Positions 24,961-25,932 of a DNA stretch of 25,932 nucleotides are shown here, one piece after another; positions within the stretch are counted from its first letter, which is position 1; every line of letters begins with the position of its first letter. The notes under the pieces were generated by a model. It was not told the DNA's origin, ran no database searches, and saw only the letters and a program-made list of their open reading frames with translations. The stretch is from positions 1-25,932 of IMG/VR virus record IMGVR_UViG_3300017716_001548. One strand, 5' to 3'. The position numbers were made by a program, and so were the translations under genes. The stretch comes from a virus (taxonomy: Duplodnaviria > Caudoviricetes).

Positions 24961-24995
24961 TTAGCCGGTTTATGCTCCGGCGATAAACTGGCTAA
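24961..24995. repeat. 13-bp inverted repeat beside the tRNA 5' end
   Basis: TTAGCCGGTTTAT / ATAAACTGGCTAA, 12 Watson-Crick pairs plus one G-U on the + strand. Confidence 0.6.
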
Positions 24996-25189
24996 ACGTC
25001 TGCAATCTCGCTACGCATCACTCCGATCTTATCCTGCAGGCAGAAAATATCCTTCGTCGCAGCGCAGCACATCGGGCACATCACGCGCTTGAGCAGTGTG
25101 GCTACCTTGCCCATCTCCATAGGCAGATACGCGGCTGTCCATTCGTGGGCGCACTTGCCGCACTGGACTTGCATAGGGCGCTTTGTCAT
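24992..25189 (-). CDS. Zn-ribbon protein
   Basis: CGKC.HEW and CPMC pairs; ATGA overlap. Confidence 0.65.
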   Translation of the reverse strand: MTKRPMQVQCGKCAHEWTAAYLPMEMGKVATLLKRVMCPMCCAATKDIFCLQDKIGVMRSEIADV

Positions 25190-25419
25190 TTCTTCAGCCT
25201 AGCCAGTTCAGCCCTCGCCTTCCACAACGATTCAAGGACGCTGTAGATCGACTCTGCCGCGTGCTGCGGCGGCTCGACCCAGAACGAGGGCCATTTGCCG
25301 TGCGCTAGGTCGTCTGCCATCAGGTGCAGGTGCCTGGACGCGGGGCATGTGATCTCGATATTTCGCGCCCGCTCTGCCCTGCGCCGGACGTTGGTGATCT
25401 TGTTGGCGGGGAGGGTCAT
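25186..25419 (-). CDS. Hypothetical protein
   Basis: ATGA overlaps at both ends. Confidence 0.6.
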   Translation of the reverse strand: MTLPANKITNVRRRAERARNIEITCPASRHLHLMADDLAHGKWPSFWVEPPQHAAESIYSVLESLWKARAELARLKK

Positions 25420-25574
25420 TTCTTCTCCACCATCTTCGCCACAGCCCCGGCCAGCCTATCTTCGGCATCGTTGCGGCAGTTGATATCGGGGGCGTGCAAG
25501 TGATCGGCCTTTGTCCAGTCCAGTGGACGTTTCGATTTCCACCACGTTAGCGCGGCTTTTTCCAGGGCGGTCAT
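25416..25574 (-). CDS. 52-aa hypothetical protein (not in ORF track)
   Basis: MTALEKAALTWWKSKRP...MVEKK; fills the gap, ATGA overlap downstream. Confidence 0.6.
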   Translation of the reverse strand: MTALEKAALTWWKSKRPLDWTKADHLHAPDINCRNDAEDRLAGAVAKMVEKK

Positions 25575-25576
25575 TT

Positions 25577-25921
25577 CTAGCCCCTTCCCGCGATGGCGGC
25601 GTCAACGTGCTCGTCTAGCGTCAACTCTCCTGTCCATTCGATTTGAAAATGCGGATTGTCCCGTAGGAACTGATACCGCTGTGCATCCGCCTCCAGTTCC
25701 GCGACGCGCTCCTCCAGCCGGTCATTCGCCTTCGCCAGTTCCTCGTTCCACTTGATGCGCTTCTCAGCTTTGGTGTTCAGCGCGGCAATGCGCCTAGACA
25801 TGCCAATAAGCGAGCAGATAGTTTCCTCTAGCTCATATTTGCCAACATGATCCCCGTCAATCATGCCCCGCAACCACTCAATCGTCAGGTCAACCTCAAA
25901 CACTTCTTGGCTATCGGTCAT
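25577..25921 (-). CDS. Coiled-coil phage early protein
   Basis: Heptad segment followed by DAQRYQFLR and D..VDAAI, a pattern common in small phage early proteins. Confidence 0.6.
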   Translation of the reverse strand: MTDSQEVFEVDLTIEWLRGMIDGDHVGKYELEETICSLIGMSRRIAALNTKAEKRIKWNEELAKANDRLEERVAELEADAQRYQFLRDNPHFQIEWTGELTLDEHVDAAIAGRG

Positions 25922-25932
25922 GTCTGCCGCTC

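Overview
The whole window is tailed-phage DNA with a P22-like podovirus layout; no host genes, integrase or att site are visible. The + strand (1-16765) carries the virion module: scaffold, P22-gp5-type coat, two small Ser/Thr-rich proteins, a two-domain glycosyltransferase, gp4/gp10-like tail hub proteins, three ejection proteins and two paralogous fibre/spike genes. The lysis cassette follows (holin-like genes, GH24 lysozyme, Rz/Rz1). The - strand (16683-22253) is an early-type operon: small Zn-finger ORFs, a RecE-like exonuclease, an HNH gene, an OB-fold-like protein, a four-gene sugar-tailoring cluster (GNAT/FemAB-like, oxidoreductase-like, SAM methyltransferase, FdtA/QdtA-like ketoisomerase) and a PD-(D/E)XK nuclease. 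A divergent promoter region then drives cro, a DNA methyltransferase, VRR-NUC and NUMOD4-HNH, which converge on a tRNA-Thr(UGU) and further - strand ORFs. The best candidate new system is phage-encoded glycan synthesis and transfer, possibly virion glycosylation. Other notable items: a structured RNA before the glycosyltransferase, a repeat/hairpin leader ORF before an ejection gene, a start-less gp7-like N-terminus, a leaderless antisense membrane protein at the sieA position, and a duplicated o-spanin 3' end. All family calls are by motif recognition and synteny, not database search.
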